Positions 48,276-58,272 of a DNA stretch of 64,000 bases are shown here, piece after piece. The DNA is from Candidatus Latescibacterota bacterium. GTDB lineage: Bacteria; Latescibacterota; UBA2968; UBA8231. The stretch covers positions 3,840,001 through 3,904,000 of the forward strand of contig OZ252098.1 of assembly GCA_965248355.1 (NCBI GenBank), in the 5' to 3' direction. The notes below the pieces were generated by a model. It was given only the letters and a program-made list of their open reading frames with translations. It was not told where the DNA came from and searched no databases. Each line of letters opens with the position of its first letter. The stretch's first letter is position 1. The translations under genes and the position numbers were made by a program.

Positions 48276-49019
48276 ATGACGGAGGAACAGAAGTACCTGT
48301 TCGACCTGCAGGGCTTCGTCGTCCTCGAGGACGTCGTGCCACGGTCCGTCATCGAGGCGTGCAACCAGGCCCTCGATGGATTCGAGGAGATGAGCCCCGA
48401 GGACTACCCGCCCCCTCTCTGCCTCGGCACCGAGAAGACGGAGAAGGAACTCTACATCTCCAACATCCTCGAAGCGTCCCCGGTCTTCGCCCCCTTGATC
48501 GACATTCCCGAGGTGCTCGATGTCGTCGCGGGTGTGACCGGCGGGCCCTGGCGCCTGAACCACACCTACACCATCTACCGATGGGGCGGCGGCTACACGG
48601 GCCTGCACATGCACGGCACGCCGATCATACCCAAGTGCCAGTATCACTGCCGCAACGGACAGATGGTCTCGACCCTGACCAAGGCGGTCTTTCCCATGCT
48701 CGACTGCGATGTCGAGGACGGGTGCTTCGCCGTGGTCCCGGGGGCCCACAAGAGCAACTTTCCGCGCCCCTGGGGAAGGCATCCCGCCGAGAACCCGGTC
48801 CTGGCGCCGGTCCCCGCCAGGGCCGGCGACGCCATCGTCTTCACCGAGGCCTTGACCCACGGCTCGACGGTCAACGTCTCGGACCTTCCGCGCCGCACCC
48901 TCTACTACTGCTACAGCATCGGATACATGCCGGACTGGGGCGGGCAGGGCCTGCGCTTCAGCGCCGGGGTCACGGACGGTCTCACCGAGGCACAGCGCGA
49001 AATCATCGAGTTGAAGTAG
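48276..49019 (+). CDS. PhyH-family Fe(II)/2OG enzyme with non-canonical HxD site
   Basis: EQKYLFDLQGF, DG.F.VVPGAHK, AGDA..FTEALTHG, RRTL; LHMHG at the HxD position. Confidence 0.85.
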   Translation: MTEEQKYLFDLQGFVVLEDVVPRSVIEACNQALDGFEEMSPEDYPPPLCLGTEKTEKELYISNILEASPVFAPLIDIPEVLDVVAGVTGGPWRLNHTYTIYRWGGGYTGLHMHGTPIIPKCQYHCRNGQMVSTLTKAVFPMLDCDVEDGCFAVVPGAHKSNFPRPWGRHPAENPVLAPVPARAGDAIVFTEALTHGSTVNVSDLPRRTLYYCYSIGYMPDWGGQGLRFSAGVTDGLTEAQREIIELK

Positions 49020-49050
49020 GACGATTCTCGAACCCGACAGGAGGCAGGGA

Positions 49051-49758
49051 ATGGACCGGGTACCGCCGGAGGTTTTCGAAGGTCTCAGGCAGCTCGACAC
49101 GGCAACCCTCTTCAACGCCGTCATCGAGGCCCGCGGCGCCAGCCAGGGCGGGCGCGAGCTCGAGGGTCAGGGCGGCATGCCCTTCAACTACATGGGGCCG
49201 GGGATGCAGTGCATGCTGCCCCAGCTCGGTATGGCGGTCGGGTACGCGGCCACTTGCGAGCTGAGCACCCACGACCCGGACATGCCGGCGCTGGACTGGC
49301 ACGAGTACTACGACTTCCTCGACGAGTCGCCCGGCCCGATGGTGAGCATCATGAAGGATGTGGACACCCGCGCCGGCCGCGGCGCCTCGTTGGGAGACGG
49401 CATGGCCGCCACCCACAAGCACCTGGGCGTATCCGGCATCATCGTCGACGGATCGATCCGGGACCTGGCGGGGATCGAGCGGGTGGGACTGCCGGTCTGG
49501 GGAACCGGCACATCCCCCGGTCACGGAGTGCTCAGCCTGGTGCGCCACAACCACCCGATCACGGTTGACGAACTCCTGATCTTCCCGGGGGAAATCGTCG
49601 CCGCGGACCGCGACGGAGTCGTGAAGATCCCCTTGGGCGACGACCCCGCGAAGGTGCTGGAGCAGGGGAGGGACATCCACGAGCGCGAGGCCCGCTACCA
49701 CGCGATTTTCTCCGATCCCGGCCTGACTTGGCAGGACATCAAGGACTATCGGGAATAG
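49051..49758 (+). CDS. RraA-like / HMG-CHA aldolase family protein
   Basis: VGYA.T, GDGMA, G..VDGSIRD, PG.IV.AD.DGVV.IP. Confidence 0.85.
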   Translation: MDRVPPEVFEGLRQLDTATLFNAVIEARGASQGGRELEGQGGMPFNYMGPGMQCMLPQLGMAVGYAATCELSTHDPDMPALDWHEYYDFLDESPGPMVSIMKDVDTRAGRGASLGDGMAATHKHLGVSGIIVDGSIRDLAGIERVGLPVWGTGTSPGHGVLSLVRHNHPITVDELLIFPGEIVAADRDGVVKIPLGDDPAKVLEQGRDIHEREARYHAIFSDPGLTWQDIKDYRE

Positions 49759-49767
49759 AGGCCCCGA

Positions 49768-51249
49768 ATGAGCGTTCCTCTGCGCATCGCCACCGGCGCC
49801 ATCTGCCACGAAACCAGCACCTTCACCACGGTGGCCACCACCTGGGAGAGCTGGAGCGAGCACCGCTTCGGCTACATCACCGGCCAGGCCATATTCGAGA
49901 AGTTCCGGGGCACCAACTCCGCCATCGGGGGTTTCATGGCCGGGGCCGACAAGCATGGATTCGAGCTCATCCCGACCATCTTCGCCAACGCCCACCCGAG
50001 CGGGCCGACGCCGCGGGATGTCTTCGACCGCATCCTGAACGATCTGCTCGAGCGGCTGCATGCGGCCGGCCCCGTCGACGGCGTGATCCTGAGTCTGCAC
50101 GGAGCCATGGTGGCCGAGGGGATCGACGACGGCGAGGGACAAATTCTCGAAGCCGTACGACGCCTCGTCGGTCCCGATGTACCCATAGTCAGCGAGCTGG
50201 ACATCCACACCAACATGTCGCAGCGAATGGTGGCCATGGCCGACGCGCTGGTCGTCCACCAGACCTTCCCCGAGATCGATCAGGAGGAGTGCGGCCTCAA
50301 GTGCGCCGACATCATGCACCGGACCCTGCGCGAAGGCCTGCGGCCGACGATGGCCCTCCATCAGCTGCCCATGGTGTGGGGGATGAACCAGATCACCAGG
50401 CACCCGCCCATGCGCGAAGCGATCGCCGAATTGCATGCCGTCGAAGCCCGGCCGGGGGTGGTCACCGCGTCGATCTGCACCTGTTTCCCCCTCGCCGACA
50501 TACCCCACATGGGCGCCTCCGTCATCGTCGTGGCCGACGACGACGGGGAGCTGGCGCAGCGCTGCGCCGATGAACTGGCCTCCTACCTGTGGGAGCGGCG
50601 CGAGGCCTGGCAGTCCGAGTGGAAATCGACCCGGGAGCGGCTGGAAGAAGCCGAAAGGGAGGGAAGGTTCCCGGTCGTATTCGCCGACCGCAACGACAAC
50701 ACCGGCGGCGGCGCTCCCGGAGACGGCACCGGCATGCTGCGCACCTTCATCGAGGCCGGACTGGAGGACGCCTGCCTCCTCTACATCGTCGATCCGGAGG
50801 CGGTGGCGGCCTGCGGGAAGGCCGGGGCAGGGTCGACACTGACCCTGAAGGTCGGGGGCAAATCGACCCCGCTGCAGGGCGAGCCGGTGGAGATGACGGC
50901 CGAGGTCGTGGCCCTGGGCGACGGCAGGTTCCTGTACGAAGGGCCCCGGAATCGCGGACTGGAAGGCGACATGGGCCCCTGCGCCCACATCCGCCAGGAC
51001 GGCGTCCACGTGTTGCTGGTCAGCCACCGCGAGCAACCCTTCGACACCGCTCTGGCCAGAACCCTGGACCTTGATCCACGGGAGATGCGCTACATCGGGC
51101 TGAAATCGGCCGGCCACTTCCGCGCCTGCTACGAGGAGTTCGCCGGCAATATCCTCGTCGTCTCCGAACCCAACGTGCACGACCACGAGCTGATCAAGGA
51201 CCACTACGTGAATCTCGGGCGGAAGCTCTACCCCTTCGACGACATTTGA
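49768..51249 (+). CDS. MlrC-like M81 family metallopeptidase
   Basis: HET.TF, LHGAMV, DDGEG, LDIH.N, D..DNTGGGAPGDGT, LKS.GHFRA. Confidence 0.92.
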   Translation: MSVPLRIATGAICHETSTFTTVATTWESWSEHRFGYITGQAIFEKFRGTNSAIGGFMAGADKHGFELIPTIFANAHPSGPTPRDVFDRILNDLLERLHAAGPVDGVILSLHGAMVAEGIDDGEGQILEAVRRLVGPDVPIVSELDIHTNMSQRMVAMADALVVHQTFPEIDQEECGLKCADIMHRTLREGLRPTMALHQLPMVWGMNQITRHPPMREAIAELHAVEARPGVVTASICTCFPLADIPHMGASVIVVADDDGELAQRCADELASYLWERREAWQSEWKSTRERLEEAEREGRFPVVFADRNDNTGGGAPGDGTGMLRTFIEAGLEDACLLYIVDPEAVAACGKAGAGSTLTLKVGGKSTPLQGEPVEMTAEVVALGDGRFLYEGPRNRGLEGDMGPCAHIRQDGVHVLLVSHREQPFDTALARTLDLDPREMRYIGLKSAGHFRACYEEFAGNILVVSEPNVHDHELIKDHYVNLGRKLYPFDDI

Positions 51250-51250
51250 T

Positions 51251-52258
51251 ATGACAACACGGACCGACACGGCATCGGGCGCGCCGGCTGCGGCGACTCC
51301 TCTCGAAGACCGGGTCGAGGCTTACAAGCGCGACGGCTTCACGATCATCGAAGATGTGCTGCGGGGCGGGGAGCTGGTCCGCGCGCAGGCCGCCTTCGAC
51401 AGGGCGCAGGCCGTGACCCGCGTCGACTGGGAAGCGGGCCGGGCGAAGGGCCGGGGGATTTCGGAAAACGGCGAGTACTACGCCTCCGGCACCTTTCACG
51501 GCAGAAAGTACTTCGACATCTATCCCCTCCACCTGCTCGAGCAGGACGACGCCTGCGTGGAGATGATCGCCCATCCCCGGCTCTGGCCTTTCCTGAGGGC
51601 CACGGTGGGCGACGACGTGCAGACGGCCACGATACAGGTGCGCGTCCTGGAGCCGCAGACCGCCCGGGACGCCCAGGAAGAAGGCGGCTACGTCAACTGG
51701 CACCGGGATCACCGGAACGACGAAGAGTGGCGTTACCTGGGACGCCCGCTCAACACCAAGGTCCTCGTCTACCTCACCGACGTCGGTCCCGACGACGGCT
51801 GCACGGCGTGCGTCCCGGGATCACACCTGTGGAAGCACGAGCCGGACCACCTGGAATACAAGGGCATGGGTGGAGGCGAGCATCAGGAGACGAAGGTGCG
51901 GGACCAGCGCGACATGCCGGGCATGGTGACGGCCGAGGTAAAGGCCGGCAGCGCCTTCCTCTTCAACACCCGGCTCTGGCACACGACAATGCCCAATACC
52001 GGCGGCCGCGACCGCTGGGCGGTGCTGACCCTCTACTGTCCGTTCTATCAGAAGCAGCCGGGCGTGACGGTGGAGGCCGCGGTGGCCCTGGAGGCGGCAG
52101 GCCAGCTGAATACCCCGGAGCGCCGGCAGCTGTTCGGGCTCGAGCCCATGACCGGTCCCAACGGCTACAAGCGGCTGGCGCAGCACAGTGGGAGCGTGAC
52201 CGATGACCGCATGTTCAAGGGAGTGCGCCCGCCGAGGATGGGAGAGTTGATAAAGTGA
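51251..52258 (+). CDS. PhyH-family dioxygenase
   Basis: WHRD, YLTDV..DDG.T..VPGSH, AGSA.LF…WH…N…R. Confidence 0.9.
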   Translation: MTTRTDTASGAPAAATPLEDRVEAYKRDGFTIIEDVLRGGELVRAQAAFDRAQAVTRVDWEAGRAKGRGISENGEYYASGTFHGRKYFDIYPLHLLEQDDACVEMIAHPRLWPFLRATVGDDVQTATIQVRVLEPQTARDAQEEGGYVNWHRDHRNDEEWRYLGRPLNTKVLVYLTDVGPDDGCTACVPGSHLWKHEPDHLEYKGMGGGEHQETKVRDQRDMPGMVTAEVKAGSAFLFNTRLWHTTMPNTGGRDRWAVLTLYCPFYQKQPGVTVEAAVALEAAGQLNTPERRQLFGLEPMTGPNGYKRLAQHSGSVTDDRMFKGVRPPRMGELIK

Positions 52259-52271
52259 AGGTGCGCGCCTG

Positions 52272-53111
52272 ATGCGGACGTTCAAGACGGGTCCGACCCC
52301 GGACCAGCTGCGGGCCATGGACCGGGATCTGCGGTTCTTTCCGAGTGCGACGCGGAGTCCTTCCGTGCTCACTCCCGAACAGCTCGAGTCCTTCAACAGG
52401 GACGGCCATGTCAAAGGCGTGCCGATCTTCGACCGCGGCGAGATCGCCGGGCACCGGCGCCATTTCGACCGCCTGCTGGCGAAGGCCATGGCGAATGGCG
52501 GGACCAGCTATTCCATCTCTTCCGCCCATCTGCGGTCCGCCAGGGTGTACGACTTGATGAAGCACCCGCGCATCGTCGCCTGCGCGCAGGATGTCCTCGG
52601 CGAGAAGATCGTCGGCCTTGCGGCCCAGTTCTTCTGCCGACTGCCCCACGATCCCGTCGATATCTCCTGGCACCAGGACGCCAGTCACTGGCCCCTGACG
52701 CCGTCGAGAACGGTGACGATCTGGCTCGCCATCGACGATGCGGACAGGGAGAACTCCTGCATGCGCTTCATCGCCGGCTCCCACCTCCACGGCCATATCG
52801 ACTACCGTCTGAGCGAGGAAGGGGAGAACAATCTCTTCAACCAGGTCGCCCTGGATGTCGAGCGCTACGGAGAGTGCGTCGATGTCGAGCTCAGGGCGGG
52901 TGAAATTTCCATGCACTCCGACCTCCTGCTCCACGGCTCCAGGGCCAATCGCTCCACCCGCAGGCGGTGTGGTCTGACCCTGCGCTATTGCGCTATCGAT
53001 GTGCGGGAGGTGCCGGGATTCGGTTGGGCCGACGAGGGAGTCGTCATCAGCGGGGAAGATCCCGCCAACCACTGGGGGAATCCCCCTCGCCCTGCGAAGG
53101 ATCTGGTCTGA
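52272..53111 (+). CDS. PhyH-family dioxygenase
   Basis: WHQD.S.WP, WLAIDD…N.CM.FI.GSH, LLHGS.AN.S..RR.GL. Confidence 0.92.
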   Translation: MRTFKTGPTPDQLRAMDRDLRFFPSATRSPSVLTPEQLESFNRDGHVKGVPIFDRGEIAGHRRHFDRLLAKAMANGGTSYSISSAHLRSARVYDLMKHPRIVACAQDVLGEKIVGLAAQFFCRLPHDPVDISWHQDASHWPLTPSRTVTIWLAIDDADRENSCMRFIAGSHLHGHIDYRLSEEGENNLFNQVALDVERYGECVDVELRAGEISMHSDLLLHGSRANRSTRRRCGLTLRYCAIDVREVPGFGWADEGVVISGEDPANHWGNPPRPAKDLV

Positions 53112-53126
53112 AGACCGGGAGGCCCG

Positions 53127-54011
53127 TTACAGGGGCCTGAATTCGACCAGGCGGCGGCCGCCTTCGAAGCCCGGACGGCCCACGTACTGGACGGCCCGCG
53201 TGTTGATGGCGTCAGCGTGGGCGATGTGCACGTGGCCGCAGAACACGGCCGTCAGGTTCGGCGCCGTTGTCACCGAGTGGACGAACTCGAGGGTCTCGGG
53301 CGAGTCCTCGGAGACCTGCCATGAGGTTCGGCTCTCCGACGGCCAGTCCGGATCCCCCATCATCGGCGGCGACCCCAGCTTGTCGATGACGGAATCGCGC
53401 AATGTGGGCAGGCTCAGGGGCCAGTGAGTCAGCAGGACCGTGGGCAGGCCCGCCTGCAGTTGGGCCTGCATGAAGTCCACCTGCTTGCGTGAGATCTGGG
53501 GAACGGCGTTGTCGATGGCGACGAAGCGAATGCCGCCGACATCACGGGCTGCACAGTCCGGATCGCCGTTGTGCAATGGCTGCAGGGCGGCCAATCGCCT
53601 CAGCCGCACCTCGTCATTCACCGGCTCGTTGGTGTAATGCACGTCATGGTTGCCGCAGGTGTACATGGCGGGCACCCCGAGTGGGCTGATCTGCTCGAGG
53701 ACGAAATCGACCGAGGCGGGTGACGGGAAGTGAACGATGTCTCCGGTCAGCGCCAGCAAGTCGAGGTTTTCCCTCGCCGCCTGCGCCAGGTGTCGGCGGA
53801 ACGCATCTCCCGGGGCGTAGTCCGTTCCCTGCTCCTCGTTCCTTTGCGCATAGCGCCGGCAGTAGTCGACACAGGCGTCGTAGTTCTCGCCATCGCGTTC
53901 GTCGAAGAACTGCAGGTGCGTGTCCGTCAGGTGCAGCATCCGCACCGGGCGGGCGAGCCCTTCGATGCGAATCGTCGCGCCGTCATCGGTGAAGCTGTGA
54001 GTGATTCGCAT
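53127..54011 (-). CDS. Calcineurin-like metallophosphoesterase
   Basis: DTH, TGDI, GNHD, GHVH; TGATG overlap with upstream gene. Confidence 0.9.
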   Translation of the reverse strand: MRITHSFTDDGATIRIEGLARPVRMLHLTDTHLQFFDERDGENYDACVDYCRRYAQRNEEQGTDYAPGDAFRRHLAQAARENLDLLALTGDIVHFPSPASVDFVLEQISPLGVPAMYTCGNHDVHYTNEPVNDEVRLRRLAALQPLHNGDPDCAARDVGGIRFVAIDNAVPQISRKQVDFMQAQLQAGLPTVLLTHWPLSLPTLRDSVIDKLGSPPMMGDPDWPSESRTSWQVSEDSPETLEFVHSVTTAPNLTAVFCGHVHIAHADAINTRAVQYVGRPGFEGGRRLVEFRPL

Positions 54012-55255
54012 CACCGCGGCTCCCACACCCCTCCGTCCTGCTCGATGCGCGCCATCATGGCGGCGAATTCATCCGACCCGTCGTCGTCCCAGTACTCGGT
54101 CTTCAAGGGGGCGGCGAAGCTCACGGGCATCAGCGAGCGGCTCCAGTCCGGCCGCACCATGAAGTGCGGATTGTGGGGATCCGGGCGGGTGTGGAAGGTC
54201 GTGCCGTTGTCGTACTTGCAGACGAGGATGAACTTCGGTTTCGCCATCGGCTCGATCTGCTTCAGACGCTCCACCGCTTTCATGTCCAGCTCGACACCGA
54301 GACCGGGTCGCTCCGGTACGCGAAGGAAGCCGTTGATCGGATTCAGGGGCTCGGTGACGAAGCGCTCGCGCGAGACTTCGGGAATGGCGTTGACGACGTG
54401 GAAGGTCGCCGAAGGGAAGGTGGCCATCATGTGGACGGTCATGGCCCGCGTGATGTCGCTGCCCGTGTTCTGCAGCATGAAGGGGCTGTCGCCGGCGGCG
54501 AACAGGCCAGCCCGGCGCACGGCGTCGCCGATCTTCGAGTGCCCCAGCATGTAGGCGTCGGCCGGTCTTCGATAGATCTCGTAGGTGGCCGCCGTCGGGA
54601 AGTGGTGCAGGACAATGGGCAGGCGCGATCGCTGCCGCAGCTCGATGTAGCCATCGATGTCCTCGCCCGGCAGCGGATCCTCGAAGCAGCCGGCGATTTC
54701 GTACTCGGCCAGCTTGTCCAGCAGATCGGGCATGTAGTCTTCGGTGCCGTGCATGGTGAAGTCGTAGTGAAGCTTGAAACCTCTTGGCGCCACCTCCTGC
54801 ATCGCCTCGGTCTGATCGATGACATTCTCGAAGGGGGACAGGTGGAACTTCATCCAGGTATGGCCCTGTTCGGCGAAGGCCTGCACGGCTCCGGCCATGC
54901 GGTCCGGATGGGTGCTCACGGTCCAGGCGGCCGCCGCCACCCAGGAGCGGTACTTCTGGCCGAAGAGCTTGTACACCGGCACCCCCGCGGCTTGGCCCAT
55001 GAGGTCGTACATGGCCGTTCCCAGTCCCAGGGAGGTCTCGTCTCCCACCCAGTCGAAGGGGTTCGAGCCGATGTACTGGTCCAGCACCTCCTGCTTCTCG
55101 GGACTCTCGCTCTCGCCCAGGCCGACCAGCCCGGTGTCGGTGCGGACGACGTAGATCGTGCGCTGCGTCAGGTCGTGGTAGTGGAGGAGCTCGTCGGCCC
55201 GGGCCTCGTCGTACGGAAGCGTGACCTGGTGAATGTCTATGTCCGTGATCTTCAT
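54011..55255 (-). CDS. Mandelate racemase/MLE (enolase superfamily) protein
   Basis: MKITDI, TDTGLVGLGE, YDL.G…GVPVY.L.G, FEDP, VP..PGLGVELD. Confidence 0.88.
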   Translation of the reverse strand: MKITDIDIHQVTLPYDEARADELLHYHDLTQRTIYVVRTDTGLVGLGESESPEKQEVLDQYIGSNPFDWVGDETSLGLGTAMYDLMGQAAGVPVYKLFGQKYRSWVAAAAWTVSTHPDRMAGAVQAFAEQGHTWMKFHLSPFENVIDQTEAMQEVAPRGFKLHYDFTMHGTEDYMPDLLDKLAEYEIAGCFEDPLPGEDIDGYIELRQRSRLPIVLHHFPTAATYEIYRRPADAYMLGHSKIGDAVRRAGLFAAGDSPFMLQNTGSDITRAMTVHMMATFPSATFHVVNAIPEVSRERFVTEPLNPINGFLRVPERPGLGVELDMKAVERLKQIEPMAKPKFILVCKYDNGTTFHTRPDPHNPHFMVRPDWSRSLMPVSFAAPLKTEYWDDDGSDEFAAMMARIEQDGGVWEPR

Positions 55256-55286
55256 GGCAGGCCGGCCCGGGGTGAGTGATGGTGGA

Positions 55287-56318
55287 TCAGAGACGCCACC
55301 TGGTGCCCATCAGGCAGGTTGTCCCGGCATCGGGTCGATCGAGCTGGTAGCAGATCGTCACGAGCGAGCCGTCGGCAAGTTGCACCGATGCGGGATAGCC
55401 GAGGTCGGCATCGGGCGCGGCCTGCACGACGCGTTCGCTTGCCACGTCCCACGAGATTCCACCGTCGTTGCTCAGACAGGCTCGCTGCCCGAACGGCGAC
55501 AGCCGCCGCCCGTAGACGACCAGCAGTCGGTCGTCCTGCAGGCGAATCAGATGGGGCGGAAAGCCGAGCATGGGTGTGACTCGGGCCGGCGTCCAGGTGT
55601 GGCCGCCGTCGTCACTCTCGGACTGATGGAGGAACCGCTCGCCCAGATGGTCGCCGCCGACACGGAACAGCCCGACGAGCCGGCCGCCGGCCGTCTCCAC
55701 GAGATGGGGTTCCCCCAGTCCCCGGTGGGCCGTCTCCGGCGGGTGGGACACCGTGCCGATGACATTCCACGTGCGGCCATCGTCCGCCGACTCCTCGGCG
55801 ACGACGGTCCGCTGGCCTCCGAGCCTGCCTACGCCCAGGTACAGCAGTCTGCCGTCGCTCAGTGGAACGGGCCCGTGCGGGGCCGAGGCGTTGACGCGGA
55901 TCGGCTCACCCCAGGTCAGGCCGCCATCCTCGGAACGCTGCACCCAGTTTCCCAGCCAGCGGTCCCGGGTCTCGGGAGTGAGGGTGGCCGCATGCTGTCG
56001 ATAGGCGGCGTCTTCCTCGAAGGCGACAGAGGTGAACCAGCTGACCAGCAACGTGCCCCGCCGGGTCTCGAGGATGCCGGCGTCGCGGTCGTCGAGAGGG
56101 GAATGGCGAATGACTTCGGGAGCGCTCCAGGTCTCGCCATCGTCGCCGGACCGCACGAGGTGGGTCTTTCCCCAGGGGCAGATGTGCGCATCCCGGTCGC
56201 CGGAGAACACGGCCAGCAGCTCGCCGGTCGACGTTCGCGCAATCGTTGGCCAGCCGATGTAGCGGCCGGGCTGCGCACAGATCACCCGGGTCCACAGTCT
56301 GTCGGCTGTCTGAATCAA
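55287..56318 (-). CDS. Sialidase-like BNR/Asp-box protein
   Basis: Five Asp boxes (SxDxGxxW), D.GYP.SV; GGAGGTG RBS + TTG. Confidence 0.85.
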   Translation of the reverse strand: MIQTADRLWTRVICAQPGRYIGWPTIARTSTGELLAVFSGDRDAHICPWGKTHLVRSGDDGETWSAPEVIRHSPLDDRDAGILETRRGTLLVSWFTSVAFEEDAAYRQHAATLTPETRDRWLGNWVQRSEDGGLTWGEPIRVNASAPHGPVPLSDGRLLYLGVGRLGGQRTVVAEESADDGRTWNVIGTVSHPPETAHRGLGEPHLVETAGGRLVGLFRVGGDHLGERFLHQSESDDGGHTWTPARVTPMLGFPPHLIRLQDDRLLVVYGRRLSPFGQRACLSNDGGISWDVASERVVQAAPDADLGYPASVQLADGSLVTICYQLDRPDAGTTCLMGTRWRL

Positions 56319-56501
56319 TCGATCACCTCCGTGAATTCCAAGGGGGGCCTACTATCGTCAGTCAGCCCCTGGGCGGTCAAACCGGGGCGTGAGGTGGTCC
56401 CAAACCAAGGCGGTGACGGCGGCGCAGGCCGCGCCGTGCGGCGCCATACGCCGGGCCGGGGCCAACAACCGATCCACCACCTGCGATAGCTCCACCAACC
56501 A

Positions 56502-56551
56502 GGCCCGGCGTAAGCGCCGCCGAGGCGCGGCCGGAGCCGCCGGCACCGCCC
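56502..56551 (+). repeat. 50-bp direct repeat, copy A
   Basis: 47/50 identical to 62661-62710 by manual alignment. Confidence 0.9.
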
Positions 56552-56621
56552 CCTCGTTGACCGTTGCCATGGTATGGAATAGGATGCCTCGAACCCTCGA
56601 GCAAGGAGCAGACCGACTACA

Positions 56622-58127
56622 ATGGATACCTCAGCCGGGAGCCGCGACGGCTTCCTGCTCCTGAACGGGGTCGAGGAGACCCATCACGTTGTCCGGCGCG
56701 TCTGCGAGGCCGAGAAGCATCCCAACAATCCGGTCCTTCCCCTCGGCGACATGCACGAGTGGGACGCCGCCCAGGCCCGGCCGTGGTCGTCGCCGACGGT
56801 CATCTGGGACGAGGAGGACCGCGTCTTCAAGGCCTGGTACTCCGGCTCCGACATCGCGCCGGAACGCTGGACCGCGGTGGGCTACGCCACCAGCGCCGAC
56901 GGCGTGACGTGGGAGAAGCCGCGGCTGGGGCTGCACGAGTTCCGCGGCTCCACCGACAACAACATCGTGGTCATGGGCTACGGCCCCGTGATCAAGGATG
57001 CCGCCGAGCCGGACCCGGCCCGGCGCTACAAGATGATCCTGCGAGGGCCGAGGCCGCGCACCGACGATGCGGTGGCCCCGGCGACGGGACCGGACCGCGG
57101 GGTGCGGCTGGGCTATTCGCCGGACGGTATCCACTGGACGGAGGGACCGGGCCTGCGCATGCCGCAGTGGCGGGATCGCTCGCTCACCTATGGCGACCCC
57201 GGCGCGCTGATCCGCGACGACCAGGAGACCGATCCCTCGCGCCGTTACAAGCTGGTGTGGCAGGCGCAAGTGCCGATCGACAGGCCGGACAAGGAGCGGG
57301 GCCGGGCGAAGTTCCTGTCCTATGGACCGGACCTCGAGCACCTGCGGGCAGCGGACCACAACCCGATCCTCTCCCCCGGCGACGGCTTCGAGTACGAGAA
57401 CCATCACGTCCTGCTGGCCCCGTACCGCGGCGCCTGGGCCATGCCCTACGAGTACGGTTGGTACGTCCCCAACGGCTACGGCGTCTACGGCACCTATTGC
57501 GCCGACGTGCGCCTGGCGGTGAGCGCCGACGGCGAGCGCTTCGAGCGGATCGACGTGCATCAGCCGCTCATCCCGCGCGGGGGAAACCGGGAGTGGGACG
57601 GCGGCCTGCTGGTGATCGCCGACAAGCCGGCCATCAAGGACGGCACGGTCCATCTCTTCTACGGCGGCAATGGCGAGGAGTGGACCAGCTGGCCCGGTGA
57701 GAACACGCCTTCGGTCTATCCCTACGGGAGCACCGGCCAGGTCCGCCTGTCGCGGCTGGGACTGGCCACCCTGCGGGAAGACGGGTGGACCTGCCTGGAG
57801 TCGGCCGACCGGGAGGTGCCCGGCTGGGCGGTCACCAATCCCGTCGAGCGGACCGACCCCAGGACGGCGCTGACGGTGAACGTGGGAGAGGTGCGCCAGA
57901 ACCGGAGCTGGGTGGAGGTTGAAGTGCTGGACGCCGCGACGCTGGAGCCGCTGGAGGGCTATCGGCGGGAGGACTGCCGGGACCTGTGCACGGACGGGTG
58001 GCGCGAGGAAGTGCGCTGGCGCGGAGGCAGCCTCGGGGACGTGGCCGGGCCGCGGTTCCGGCTGAAGTTCTGGCTCTATGGAAGGGCCCGGCTCCATGCC
58101 TATGGCTTCGACGCTGCGGGAGGGTGA
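56622..58127 (+). CDS. Five-bladed beta-propeller glycoside-hydrolase-like protein (GH32/GH130-like)
   Basis: KHP.NPV, F.AWY, YATS.DG.TWEKP.LG, SPDGIHW, LAVS.DG, L.LA.LR.DG; AAGGAG RBS. Confidence 0.72.
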   Translation: MDTSAGSRDGFLLLNGVEETHHVVRRVCEAEKHPNNPVLPLGDMHEWDAAQARPWSSPTVIWDEEDRVFKAWYSGSDIAPERWTAVGYATSADGVTWEKPRLGLHEFRGSTDNNIVVMGYGPVIKDAAEPDPARRYKMILRGPRPRTDDAVAPATGPDRGVRLGYSPDGIHWTEGPGLRMPQWRDRSLTYGDPGALIRDDQETDPSRRYKLVWQAQVPIDRPDKERGRAKFLSYGPDLEHLRAADHNPILSPGDGFEYENHHVLLAPYRGAWAMPYEYGWYVPNGYGVYGTYCADVRLAVSADGERFERIDVHQPLIPRGGNREWDGGLLVIADKPAIKDGTVHLFYGGNGEEWTSWPGENTPSVYPYGSTGQVRLSRLGLATLREDGWTCLESADREVPGWAVTNPVERTDPRTALTVNVGEVRQNRSWVEVEVLDAATLEPLEGYRREDCRDLCTDGWREEVRWRGGSLGDVAGPRFRLKFWLYGRARLHAYGFDAAGG

Positions 58128-58272
58128 GCAGGGGGGAGTCACCCGGTAGGTGCAGTCCACCAGATCGCCCTGTGGGCCAGGTCCCGCATGGTGACGAGCC
58201 CGAATGTCCTCGGTACCTCTTGCAGTATGCGGGCAACTTGGGCGGCAAGAGTCGGCCCCGGCGGAATGTGGA

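Noticed and set aside
56358..56570. 70-aa ORF as a genuine small protein
   Set aside because: Overlaps repeat copy A and is better explained as an alternate frame of the SDR-like relic; no RBS or motif
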